A stretch of 64,000 nt of DNA from Felis catus (taxonomy: Eukaryota). Below the pieces are notes generated by a model that was not told the DNA's origin, made no database searches, and worked only from the letters and a program-made list of their open reading frames with translations. The translations under genes and the position numbers were made by a program. The stretch spans positions 142,478,001 through 142,542,000 of the forward strand of contig NC_058368.1 of assembly GCF_018350175.1 (NCBI RefSeq), in the 5' to 3' direction. Of the stretch, positions 10,111 to 21,152 are shown one piece after another (the first letter of the stretch is position 1; every line of letters begins with the position of its first letter).

Positions 10111-13100
10111 TCTTTGGCCACTCTTAATCTTGAAATAACCTCCTTTAATGATTCTAAATGTTAGAACTCCACATAATGGTAAATCTTATTTCGTGGATTA
10201 ACTGGGAAGTTAAACAAGGGAGAGAAATGAACAGCAACGCCTTGCCTCATGGGCCTGACAGCAATGGCATGGCTTACCTGGTGGGTTTCTAAGTACTAAG
10301 TACACTGCAGTGACCTCATTTACTTGCTTGAGCCCAGTGACAGAAGCCACTGCTGCAATTTTCAAAATGAGCTTGGGTGGTGACAGAGACCCCGATTTGC
10401 TGGCTAACGGGGCCTGGCAGTATAGAGAACAGAGTCCTCCTCCCATCCCTGAAACGCTCAAGCACATCCTGACTTCCAGTCACACCACAGCGTCTCGTAC
10501 ACATGCACCTCCACAAATAGACTCAAAGTTCCATGAGCCCCAGGTAGTACGTCCCTCTGAAAGTGAAGGCACTGGGCCACAGAAGGAGGGGTGGCTCCCA
10601 GCTGCACGTACTATGCGTGGGTGGAAGAACAAGTTCAGACCTGTCTGTTCCATGGCTGTGTCCATCCCCCCGGGGAACCTGCGAAGGGGAACATCACCTC
10701 CCCACAGCCCAGGCCCTGCCCAGCTCCACCAGGCACCGGTCACACACACAACAATGTGGCAGTCTTGCCTCCCCCCCACCCCTAAGCCTGGGAAGGCCTC
10801 TCTCCCCCTCAACTTCACCACCAACCTTAAGGAATCAGTTTAATCTCACCACGTCTCAATTTTTTCATCGACGTGTAATCACAATCAACTACATAAAAAT
10901 TACCTGGCACCACTTCTTACACTTTTTTCAGCCTATAAAAATACCTCAAAGATACACCTCAAACACCTCCACTGGACTAGGAGTCAGAAGTCCTATCTTC
11001 ATTTATATCAGTCATTCACCCGACAAGGGCATATTAAACACATACGACCTGCAAGGAACCAGAGTTATGAAGGTGAACAAGCATGGCAGTCTGGGGTCCT
11101 TGCCCTCATGGGGTTTTGGTCAAGTTATCTGGTGCCTCTAATTGAAATCAAAGCCTTGGACAAGCTCTTTTAAGTCCCTTCCAGCTCTTCTATCCCCTCC
11201 CTCTCTGCTTTAGTGCCAAGAGGAGAATGAAGCATTCTGGAATGTTCTGCTTTCCTGAACAGATGCTATTTTTATTCCACGTACATATAGCTCAGGCTGC
11301 AGACGTGTGACTTATCTCCATTCTGCCAAGCAAAAACGAGTTCATCCCAGAGTTTCATTAGACTACATGGAGCCCTACTCTAGAAGGCCCAGTGGCATGC
11401 ACACCTCAGGCTCCTTGGCACAGGGACCCCCACTGCCCCATTCCTTCCACATGGAGGAAATCTGGTTCCTTCAGATCAAAACGACATAAAAACAGGAGCT
11501 GGGCTGCCAAGGCTTCCTCACATGTTGCCTGGATTTGTTTATTTCTTCTTCATCAACTCACATCATTTCTGACACTGCACTTCAACTTCCTGGACACAGC
11601 CACGGAGAAAAGCTTTTAAGAGGCACTGAAGTGCAGCCAACTTCTGATTAGCCTCAGTCATGAAGGAAAGGAACAGCACCCGGCCAAGGCAGGAGGACTC
11701 TTGCCTCTAAGGACCACAGGGCAAAGATTCTTGAACCGAATGTGGAGAAACATTAGTGAAACAAGTGAAATGCCCCCTACCCACCAGAAACATTCCCCTC
11801 AGCTAACGTTTCAGGAAAACACTTGGCTGGAGTTTTACTTTCTGGAAGTTCCCAAGAGCCCCACATCTACCAGAAAGGGAGGGGTGTACACTTTCCATTA
11901 TGAACAGACAGGGGGAAACATCAGCTCCTGAATCAATGGGGGAATAGATTTTGGTAAGAACTGCACAAAAGGAATCTAGGATTAAAGGCACTTAGCAGTG
12001 GTTAAGGTTAATAGAAGTGCTCTTTTGCTCAGAGCTAAGTTCACAAATATTAAGCAGAAATGTATGCAGTACAGGGAGGGAGAAACTAGAGAGAAGAAAA
12101 TAAGACCACGAATGAAGACAGACGTGGGAAAAGCTGGGCCTCAGAAATAAACTAGCAAGAGGCAAGACTTGATGTCACTGTCCCTCCTGATCATATGCAG
12201 AGGCTTTCCAGAAGTTACTCAACGCTTTATGACTGCTTCAGATAGACAAATAGCCCTTCCCACCCTCCCTTCTTCAATCTCCCCCAATTCCCACCTCGTC
12301 TTGTCCAGCCCACCCTGGTCACTTTTCTCCCCTTCAGAAAGAAACCAGGCTGCCTTGAGGGATGGTGCCAGCTGGTGGCTGGTGTGGAGAACTATCTATT
12401 AACCACTACTTTTCTCTCCCTTCTCTTGGAAGAATCTGGATCATTCTCCTCCTCCTCTTTCCTCTGTGCCTTCAATAATAATCACAGAGAACTTAATTTG
12501 AAAGTTGAAAGTCCCCGGAGAGAGAATCCCGGCTCCCCTACTTCCCTCCTGGGGAACCTAGAACAAGTCCCAGAACCTCTGCCTTACTCCCTTCTCTGCA
12601 AACATGGATGGGAATAGCCACCTACCGAGTGAGGCTTTCGGAAGCAGCAGACGGGAACATACACTAGGAACAGAACGGGACTAAGCAAACAGAAGGCACA
12701 GCTTCCACTTTTACGCCAACTCTCCTCCATAAGATTGAACACTCTGAACACTGCTCAGCTCAAAGGAATGCCATGACCATCATGCTCCAAATAAATCACA
12801 TCAACAGGTGACAGGCAAGCCTTCCTCAGAAGTAAAAGATACGATGCCAATTCTAACAGAGCTCTCGTCTGGTGGATTTCTTTATTTTCAGTGTGGATGA
12901 CACACTGGCAGAGTGGTATGCCGGGACACGCATCAGCTGTCCTGAGTCACTAACTCTCATCACTTAGAGCAGGAGAAACTATGTTCCTGATCACGGTGCC
13001 CAGAATGGTGTCTGTGCCTCCCCAGGCCGTCCCCGGTGCCAAGGAAATCCAGCAGTCAGGCCCCTGAAGGGGAAAGGTCAGCACCCACGAGGCTCTGCTC

Positions 13101-14770
13101 ATCCCCAAATGCCATCTCACCGTGATAAAGGTCTCAAAGGGGCTAATGAAATTATCTCCTCTGCCTTTTATTCCTCAGTAACAACCACAAAATTAGATGA
13201 AATGACCCCCTGCTCCTCTAATTTAAGGCCTATTTTATTACCTTCAACCCCAATTCTCTTTTAAATGGATGTAAGTCCCTGAAGACCCACAAGCCAATGA
13301 GATTAGTAACTGACAGCCCCTTCCTCCAGGCCTGTTCTCCAGAGGGCGCTTCTCCTTCCCCCAGGGTGGGGTCACAATCAGTTCAATCTTCATGCTTCAG
13401 AGACACCCCCTTTGAACAGGATCAACTGTTTCTCCAGCCCTGCCTGGTGCTGCGCTCAAAGGAACAGCGGGCCCCTTCTCACTCGGAGCATTAACGTCAG
13501 CTCAGCCAGTAAGGCGAAGGCAAAAAGGAGGAGGTCAGCACGGTTAATTGTCCACCGGGCTCAGACGCAGGCCCCCTCAAACCAGCACCTTGGGAGGGCT
13601 GATCACCCCCATAAAATGTGAAGTGCACTTTGAACCCAGGAACAAGGAGAATGAGAACTATCTGCCCCAGCCTGCTGGGCTTCAATGGGAGCTTCAGCTG
13701 TTTGTTTTCTCTTTCAGCTCGTAGCCATCAAGGGTAGGAGGATACTCTGCAGTCACCCCAGGCAGGGAGGCAAGCACGAAGTCCTGCCCATCAGGAAAGA
13801 AAGGAGAGAAAGATAAGCATCAGTGGAGGTGGTCTAAAGGGAGCCAAACAGGGCGGCCACCAGCTTTGAAGAAGGAACCTGAGAGAACAGGATTCCGGAA
13901 GCCTCAGAAACCGCTTAATGTAAGAAATGCTTCATAGAGAAAAGGAATCATTTAAAATGCAGAATATTTATTCTTCGTCATTAAAAGAGATGAAAGGGGA
14001 AATCTTTTCACTCTCTTTTGCCTCTTTGGAAAAGTTACTTTTATTAACTAGTTATCTGAAGGCCTCCTTCCAACTCAGGTCCATAATTGTAAAAAGATGC
14101 TAAGAAACAGGAAATAGCCATTTCTTTAACTGAAAGGGGACAGGAGAGTGACCAAAACAATAGTCCTTTCATAAAGCAAGGTCCAAGATATTCCATTTAC
14201 AAGCAAGTTTTCCTGGAAACAAGTACTTATAAGTTATCTTTGAAATCAACAACAAGCTTCTACACTGGATAAGACAGACCAGCCCACATATCACAGCTCA
14301 GAAGTGACCTGATCAAAGTAAAAAGTGGCTCCTAAGGGATGCACTGATTGTGCCCTGGAAATGGAAAAAAGCAAACTCTTCCCATAAACGTCAATACCTG
14401 GATGAAGCTTTACCATGAACCTCAAAAGCCTATTTTGGAGACTTGGCTGCTTCTTTCAGAAGAAGAAAAGATAAAGGCTTCACCTGAGAAAACCAAAGAC
14501 ACCCGGTGGGGCTGGGAGGGGGATGTGCCATTTACTTTTTGCATGTGTCTATAACCAGCTACAGACTGGGTTCCCAGACACTTCGGCAATAAAGGAAATG
14601 GTCAGAGACCAGCAAGCTAATGACACTGGAGTCTGAGACCAGCAGAACAGTCGCTATGCCCGCTAGTTGCCTTCGCTCTGATGGCTCCCAAATGTCTACT
14701 GTGGACACTAGGGGCCCAGGCTGGACAGTGTCTTTGGATCAAGGCCAGTGCTCCAAAACAGCCATCTTAA

Positions 14771-14771
<1 letters not shown>

Positions 14772-14816
<45 letters not shown>
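14772..14816. repeat. (CA)n microsatellite
   Basis: Read directly from the sequence. Confidence 0.97.
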
Positions 14817-14819
<3 letters not shown>

Positions 14820-15939
14820 GATACACAAATTCTACAGGTGGGGTGCTAGCGGGCTCATCTTTAGAAACAGTAACCATTCCATGAAAGAACACCACAGCGT
14901 AAGTCCAAAACACAAAGTCTGGAAGCTCTAGGAAAATCCAAGAACTGTAGCACTTGTTGGGCTAGTCCAAATGATGTGGGGTAGTCAAGATTCAACCAGA
15001 GAAGGCAGTGAAGTGTGCCTGAATGCACACCTATGTGTGAGAACCCCATATGGAGGAGGACGGCTGAATAACTTGACCTACCACATTTTTTTCTAACCAG
15101 ATTAGAATTGTATTGTAAAACAGGAGTCACTCCTAGAATCACATCTCCCAGAAGCTCAATGAGTTGCCAGTTCTTACCAATCTGTAAGCACTCCTCATGC
15201 ATTTGGCAGCATAAAAACTAGACACACAACAACCACCTTGCATTCGGGTTCTGCAGGGATGGTCCAAAACAGTCAATAGTCAAATTTCAAAACCTACTAT
15301 AAAGCTAAAATTCCTCATATTTTAACACGTGGGCTTTTAAACTGCAATTAATTTCCTTAATTTATTTTTCAAATATGGCAGACAAACTGGCTTACATGGA
15401 GACTGGAAATTCCTGAGCAAAGCTGAAGTCCTCACTCTACCCAAGCCCTAGGAAATTTTAAGAACACGAGTAGGGTTAACTGAGAGTCACATTTCTTGTA
15501 CTGCTTTGTCTTTCACTAAATTCTCCCATACAGCTATACAACTGGGGCTCGGCACCAGGTAAAAGAAACCACAGTTATGTGATTGCTTTTACACGGATTT
15601 ATTGGCCAGCACCTCTACTAGGAATGCAGAAACCAGAAGACAACTTTTTCTCTTTGCTTTAGTGCCACACACACCCAACCAAAGCAGCTGGAAGGGCTGA
15701 ACAATGAGCAGTGTTAATGTAGAACAGGATAGGAAGGCAAGAGTAAAGACTCAATACCATATTCTCCTAGATGAAGACCCAGGCCCCATTCTGGCTTCAA
15801 TATTCAGTGAGCCACCACCCTGGGGGTTGCTAATCCCAACCCACAGGATGAAGCCAATCGGTGCACCTCTCAAAGAACCCAATGACCTGAGAAGTCTGGG
15901 AAGGATTGAGGTGCACTGATTTAAAAGCTTTTCGTTAAA

Positions 15940-16087
15940 GGGGTGCCTGGATGGATCAGTTGGCTGACCATCTGACTCTTGATTTCGGCTCAGGTCATGA
16001 TCCCAGGGTTATGGGATCAAGCCCCGCACTGGCCTCCACACTGAGCATGGACCCTGCTTTGGATTTATTTTCTTTTTCTTTCTTTCT

Positions 16088-16167
<80 letters not shown>

Positions 16168-16275
16168 TTTCTGTCTTTCTTTCTGTCTTTCTCTCCCTCC
16201 CCCCTTCCTCCCTCCCCCTCCCTGTTCTCCTTCTGCCCCTCTCCTCTACCCCTCTTTCTAAAATTAAAAAAAAAA
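15940..16275 (+). mobile_element. Can-SINE containing an expanded (TTTC)n microsatellite (~16050-16190)
   Basis: SINEC head, TTTC array in the CT region and A tail. Confidence 0.9.
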
Positions 16276-17089
16276 TTCTTAAGCTTTTTGTAAAATTATT
16301 TAAACCTGAACTGTGTTTTAAAACAAATGGTCAAACCACTCAGAAATATTTTCATTGCCTCCAGGTTATATATTGGGAAAGTCTGTTGACTGCTCCCTTG
16401 CTGCCTATACATTTAGACACATGTCCAGCCCTAGAGCTGACCAGGGCTCCCAGGGTCTCGGTGACAATGGTCTCTCCAAGAGCAAACTCAGAGCTGCAGG
16501 TTGTCATTTAGCACGTTAGTGCTTCATGACCTACATCACTTATTACTCCATAGAAAGACAATGACACGAAAACTGACTTTTTATCCCTTTCATTAGGGGG
16601 AAGAGTCTAAACTCCTACTAATTTAATATATTAGGGTAAATTCTCAATTATGCATGGTTATATGAGTAAACAGTCACAGAATTAATCCAAAAGAGCAATT
16701 TACATATCATTTCATTGGCTTAGAAATACATTATGATTTTTTTTTATGGCTGTGCCTTAGCTGAGCTTACCAGGGGTTGTTGGTTTTTTGTTTGTTTTTT
16801 GTTTTGTTTTGTCAGACATATTTATTCATTTACTGAAAGTCTGTTTCATGCCGGAAAATATGCTAGATGGGAGACTACAGCCAAGGAACTCACAGACTAG
16901 AGGGAAAAAATGCACACAAACACTTAAGTAAAGCTCATATAGTAAGCAAGTGTGCTGTCTGAGCAGATAAACAGTGATTGGTTGTGCTGTAAAGCTGAGG
17001 AAAAGGCTATGCTCCAAGAAGCGTCTTCCTGATGCAGTTTGATAACAAAAGAAATTTGGACTGGGTCTTAAATGAAGAAAAAGAATTAA

Positions 17090-17291
17090 AAAAATATTGT
17101 TTAATGTTTATTTTTGAGACAGAGTGTATGTGAGCAGGGGAGGGGCAGAGAGAGAGACACAGAATCTGAAGCAGGCTCCAGGCTCCGAGCTGTCAACACA
17201 GAGCCCGACGCGGGCCTCAAACTCACAGACTAAGAGATCATTACCTGAACCGAAGTTGGGCGCTCAACTGACTGAGCCACCCAGGCATCCC
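17090..17291 (-). mobile_element. Can-SINE inserted in an L2 remnant
   Basis: TSD agaaaaagaattaa on both sides (~17076 and ~17293); the flanks (16820-17075) resemble an L2 3' end. Confidence 0.88.
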
Positions 17292-18253
17292 TAGAAAAAG
17301 AATTAAGCACCAGCTTACATGGATGGGAGAAGGGAGCCCTTCACAAAGAAAAGAATGTTGGGAGGTGAAAAGGCCAGCAACACCCAGGAGAAAGCCAGCC
17401 AAGTAAACACCTTCACCCCATAAACTCTCAACAGGGGTGGGGGCCACCTCACACCTTTCCTCATTTAAGGATTTTCTTGTTATTGAATGAGAACTCTGGG
17501 AGTTACCAGGGTGCATCATCATGACTAGAGTTTTCCTACAACTCACCTAAGCATGAGGAGCAGGTCCCAAGAACTAACCCCTTACCTGTATGATGAGTGC
17601 GCTTTAACGAGATGCAAAAACCACAAGCCAGCTGTGAATTCAAGAGTCTGCTTCCCAGTTTACCTAAAAAACAACAGGAAAGCACCATTTTTGTTAATTT
17701 GGAATAGCCAGTCTTTTAATGCTCCCAGGAAAGGTCTGCAGACCATGCCTGGGGCTCTTGGTCTCAAAGCAGGAAGCCTGGCTAGGGGGTCAGGTTGAAG
17801 AGACCTGAATGAGAATCCCAGGGTTGCAACTCAGTGACAGGGTAAGTGAACTGTAAGCCAGGTACTTAACCTACCTTTGCCTCAGTTTCCTCCCTTGCAG
17901 TATCTACCTCACAGAACCACCATGACAAGCCTGGGATCACATGAATGATCATGTGATGGGCTTGCAGCCCCTCCACAGAGACAGAGAATGAAACAGGCAG
18001 TAATCAGGACCTTGATGCAGCCGATATGAGCCAAAGTGAGAAAACTGCGAGGTGATGTGAAACCTTTACAGAAGCCCTAACTGGTTCCAGAGGGGTCAAC
18101 GGAAGCTCACCAGAGCAAGTGATAGCTAAGCTGAGGTCTGACAAGCAGGAGATGTCAGACTAAGAGGACAAGCAAACAGCATACCAGGGAAAGCCACCAG
18201 CAAAATGGGATGCCCTGAAATGGGATGTGAGTTCATAAAAGAGTGAATTTAGT

Positions 18254-18437
18254 GGGGCGCCTGGGTGGCTCAGTCGGTTAAGGGCCCGACTCTTCATTTC
18301 AGCTTAGGTGATGATCTCTCGGTTCGTGAGCTTGAGGCCCACACTGGGCTCTGTGCTGACAGTGCAGAGCCTGCTTGGGATCTCTCTCTCCCTCTCTCTG
18401 CCCCTCCCTCTCTCTCTCAAAATAAATAAATAAACTT

Positions 18438-18468
<31 letters not shown>

Positions 18469-18470
18469 GA
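18254..18470 (+). mobile_element. Can-SINE inserted in an L2 remnant (~18060-18660)
   Basis: Canonical SINEC; flanking 'ggactttggactttatcttaagaccaatggcaagccc' is L2-like. Confidence 0.88.
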
Positions 18471-18917
18471 GGTTAGTGACCACTGGAGTATTTCAGAGGC
18501 CAAGAAGGAGGCTGGCAAGAGACAAAGCTATAAAGGTAGAGAATCACAAAAGGCTTTGCAGCCATTTTAGGACTTTGGACTTTATCTTAAGACCAATGGC
18601 AAGCCCAGGAAGGATCTTACATAGGAAAGCAACATGGTCCAGGAAGTTTTCTGCAACACCTGAGACAAGAAGGTCTTAGAAGGAGGCAATGAGAGCCCAA
18701 ATCAGCAACTCCAAATGCCACATCCCTGGTCTGTGTGGAAAGAGCCAATAGAGAAGGCTCTAGGGTCAGGGCCCCTGTGGCACTCCAATGAACCACTGCT
18801 TCTGAATTACTGGCTCTTCCAGCACCGGGCAATTCCCCACAGGTAGACACGCCATCAGGAGTGGAGTCTGCTTGTCCCAACACACCCTCCAGAAGGTCAA
18901 GGAGTGCCTAGTGTCAC

Positions 18918-19090
18918 AGTGGTTCTCAAAGCGTGGTCCCCAGACCAGCAGTATCAGCATCAACTGTGAATGTGCTAGAAATGCAAATTCTCAGCCCACT
19001 GCAGACCTAGCAACTCAGAATCTTTGGGGATGGGAGTAATGTGTTATTAAAAGCCCTCCAAGTGATCTGGATGCTCCCTTAAGGCAGTGG
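18918..19090. mobile_element. MER5A (hAT-Charlie)
   Basis: 'cagtggttctcaaagcgtggtccccagaccagcagtatcagcatc...gctagaaatgcaaattctcagccc...aagccctccaagtgat'. Confidence 0.88.
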
Positions 19091-19418
19091 CACCAAACAC
19101 GGGCAGTGCCAGGACGGGGGCTGGGGAGGGTACAGAGCACAGAGCTGGCCTGGCCTATGACCCACGATGTCCATTTTTGTTTACAAGAAAACACACAACT
19201 CCGTTGAGGCTTGGAATCCCTCCTAGCCCTGCAGACTGATGGGTAGAGAGCCCAGAACCCACCGCTGGGGTGGGGATATGGTGCTGCAGGATTTTGTTTC
19301 CTCAAGACATGCCCCATCCCCTTCTACAGCCTGCATTTGCTTCAGGGCAGGAAAATGAACTCCAGCTTCAGGCAAGTGGACACATACTTCTCTTTTTTAT
19401 TCATTCATTCATCTTTTT

Positions 19419-19521
19419 AAAATATGGATTGCTTCACAGATGTGTGTGTCGTCCTTGCACAGGGGCCGTGCTAATCTCTGTATCGTCCCAATGTTAGTTT
19501 AAGTGCTGCCAAAGTGAGCAC
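19419..19521 (-). pseudogene. RNU6: U6 snRNA processed pseudogene, near full length and diverged
   Basis: The reverse complement reads GTGCTCACTTTGGCAGCACTTAAACTAACATTGGGACGATACAGAGATTAGCACGGCCCCTGTGCAAGGACGACACACACATCTGTGAAGCAATCCATATTTT, matching U6 with substitutions and small deletions. An A-rich tail follows (plus-strand T-rich 19391-19418). Confidence 0.93.
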
Positions 19522-19903
19522 GCACGTCTCCTTGCAGACTGTGTTTCTCCCCCCACCTAGGCACAGAATCTGACCACTCCAGAAAAAGAAATGGGCCATC
19601 CGGAAAGCTCCAAGTGGTTTTATGTGAGGGTCAAGTTTCCTTCTGGAGTGTGGAACACACTCTGTGGTTACAAAGATACCAAGGCCCAGGAGCCATAACG
19701 TAATTCAGGATGAGAATAGCTCAACTCAGCTGCCTCTCTAAGTATCTATTGTCTCCATAGAAGAAAGAAAAAATTATCCCTCCCACCCCCCAACAAAAAG
19801 GATATTTCTGTAAAGAGCAGACAAATCCTCACATTCTTATGTTTCTATAGTTCTTGCTTTGCTTAACAAAAGGGGGGGAAATGGGGTCCAAAACATAAAA
19901 ACA

Positions 19904-20580
19904 GGGGCACCTGGAAGGCCCAGCCAGTTAAGTGTCCAACTTTAGCTCATGTCATGATACCACAAGTGTGTGGGTTCGGGCCCTGAGTTGGGCTCTGTGC
20001 TGATACCTCAGAGCTTGCAGCCTGCTTCAGATTCCGTGTCTCCCTCCCCCGCTCACACTGTCTCTGTCTCTCTCTCTCAAAAATAAATAGACATAAAAAA
20101 AAATTTTTTTTTAATAAAAACAGTATTCAGATCGGGGCACCTGGGTGGCTCAGTCGGTTGAGCATCCAACTTCAGCTCAGGTCATGATCTTACATCTCTT
20201 GAGTTCGAGCCCCACATCAGTCCCTGCGCTAACAGCCTAGACCCTGCTTCAGATTCTGTGTCTCCCTCTCTCTGCCCCTTCCCTGCTCACGCTCTGTTGC
20301 TCTGTCTCTCTCTCTAAAATAAATAAACATTAAAAAAAATTAAAGGGGCGCCTGGGTGGCTCAGTCAGTTAGGCATCTGACTTCAGCTCAGGCCATCATC
20401 TCACGGTTCAAGAGTTCGAGCCCCGCATTGGGTTCTGGGCTGACAGCTCAGAGCCTGGAGCCTGTTTCAGATTCTGTGTATCCCTCTCTCTCTGCCCCTC
20501 CCCCACTCATGCTCGCGCACGCTCGCTCTCTCTCTCAAAAAAATAAACATTAAAAAAAATTTGTTTAATGAAAAAAAAAA
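19904..20580 (+). mobile_element. Cluster of three same-orientation Can-SINEs (~19904, ~20134, ~20345)
   Basis: Three heads and tails; near-TSD aaaaacagtattcagatc/aaaaacagtgttccgatc brackets the second and third copies. Confidence 0.92.
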
Positions 20581-20927
20581 AAAACAGTGTTCCGATCAAC
20601 ACAGATCATAGCCATATACTGCATACCCCAACCACACTCAGCTTCCAGAGTCTGCCCCTCTTGCCAACATCACAAAGAGGGTGGCTGGGCTGCAGGATCT
20701 CATAACAGGTCAAGCAAATACGTGTGGTCCAGGGGAACAAGCAATGCTGCAGAGATCCCTAGCACCTTCCCTATACTACAGCCTCCACCTGCACACCCCA
20801 GCTCTCCAGCCTCCCCACCCACTCTGTGCATGTGGAACCCACAACTGTAAAGGCTTCATACATGTCCCGCATGGTCTATGTCTCCTGCACTGCACACATA
20901 GCTAACCACATTAAGGTAACGGCTCTT

Positions 20928-21152
20928 GGGGCACCTGGGCGGCTCAGTCAGTTGAGTGTCCAACTTCAGCTCAGGTCATGATCTCACTGTTCGTGGGTTC
21001 GAGCCCCGCATCGGTCTCTGCACTGACGGTGTGGAGCCTACTTGGGATTCTCTCTGTCTTTCCCTCTCTCTCTGCCCCTGCCCCCTCTGTTGCTGACGTG
21101 CTCTCTCTCTCTCTCTCTCTCTGAAAAATAAATAAAATTTTAAAAATAAATA
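20928..21152 (+). mobile_element. Can-SINE
   Basis: Head, (CT)n and tail; near-TSD aaggtaacggctctt/aagataatgactctt. Confidence 0.9.

Noticed and set aside
19904..20580. Regularly repeated units resembling an array or CRISPR
   Set aside because: Eukaryotic SINE copies with A tails and TSDs; no repeat-spacer structure and no cas genes.
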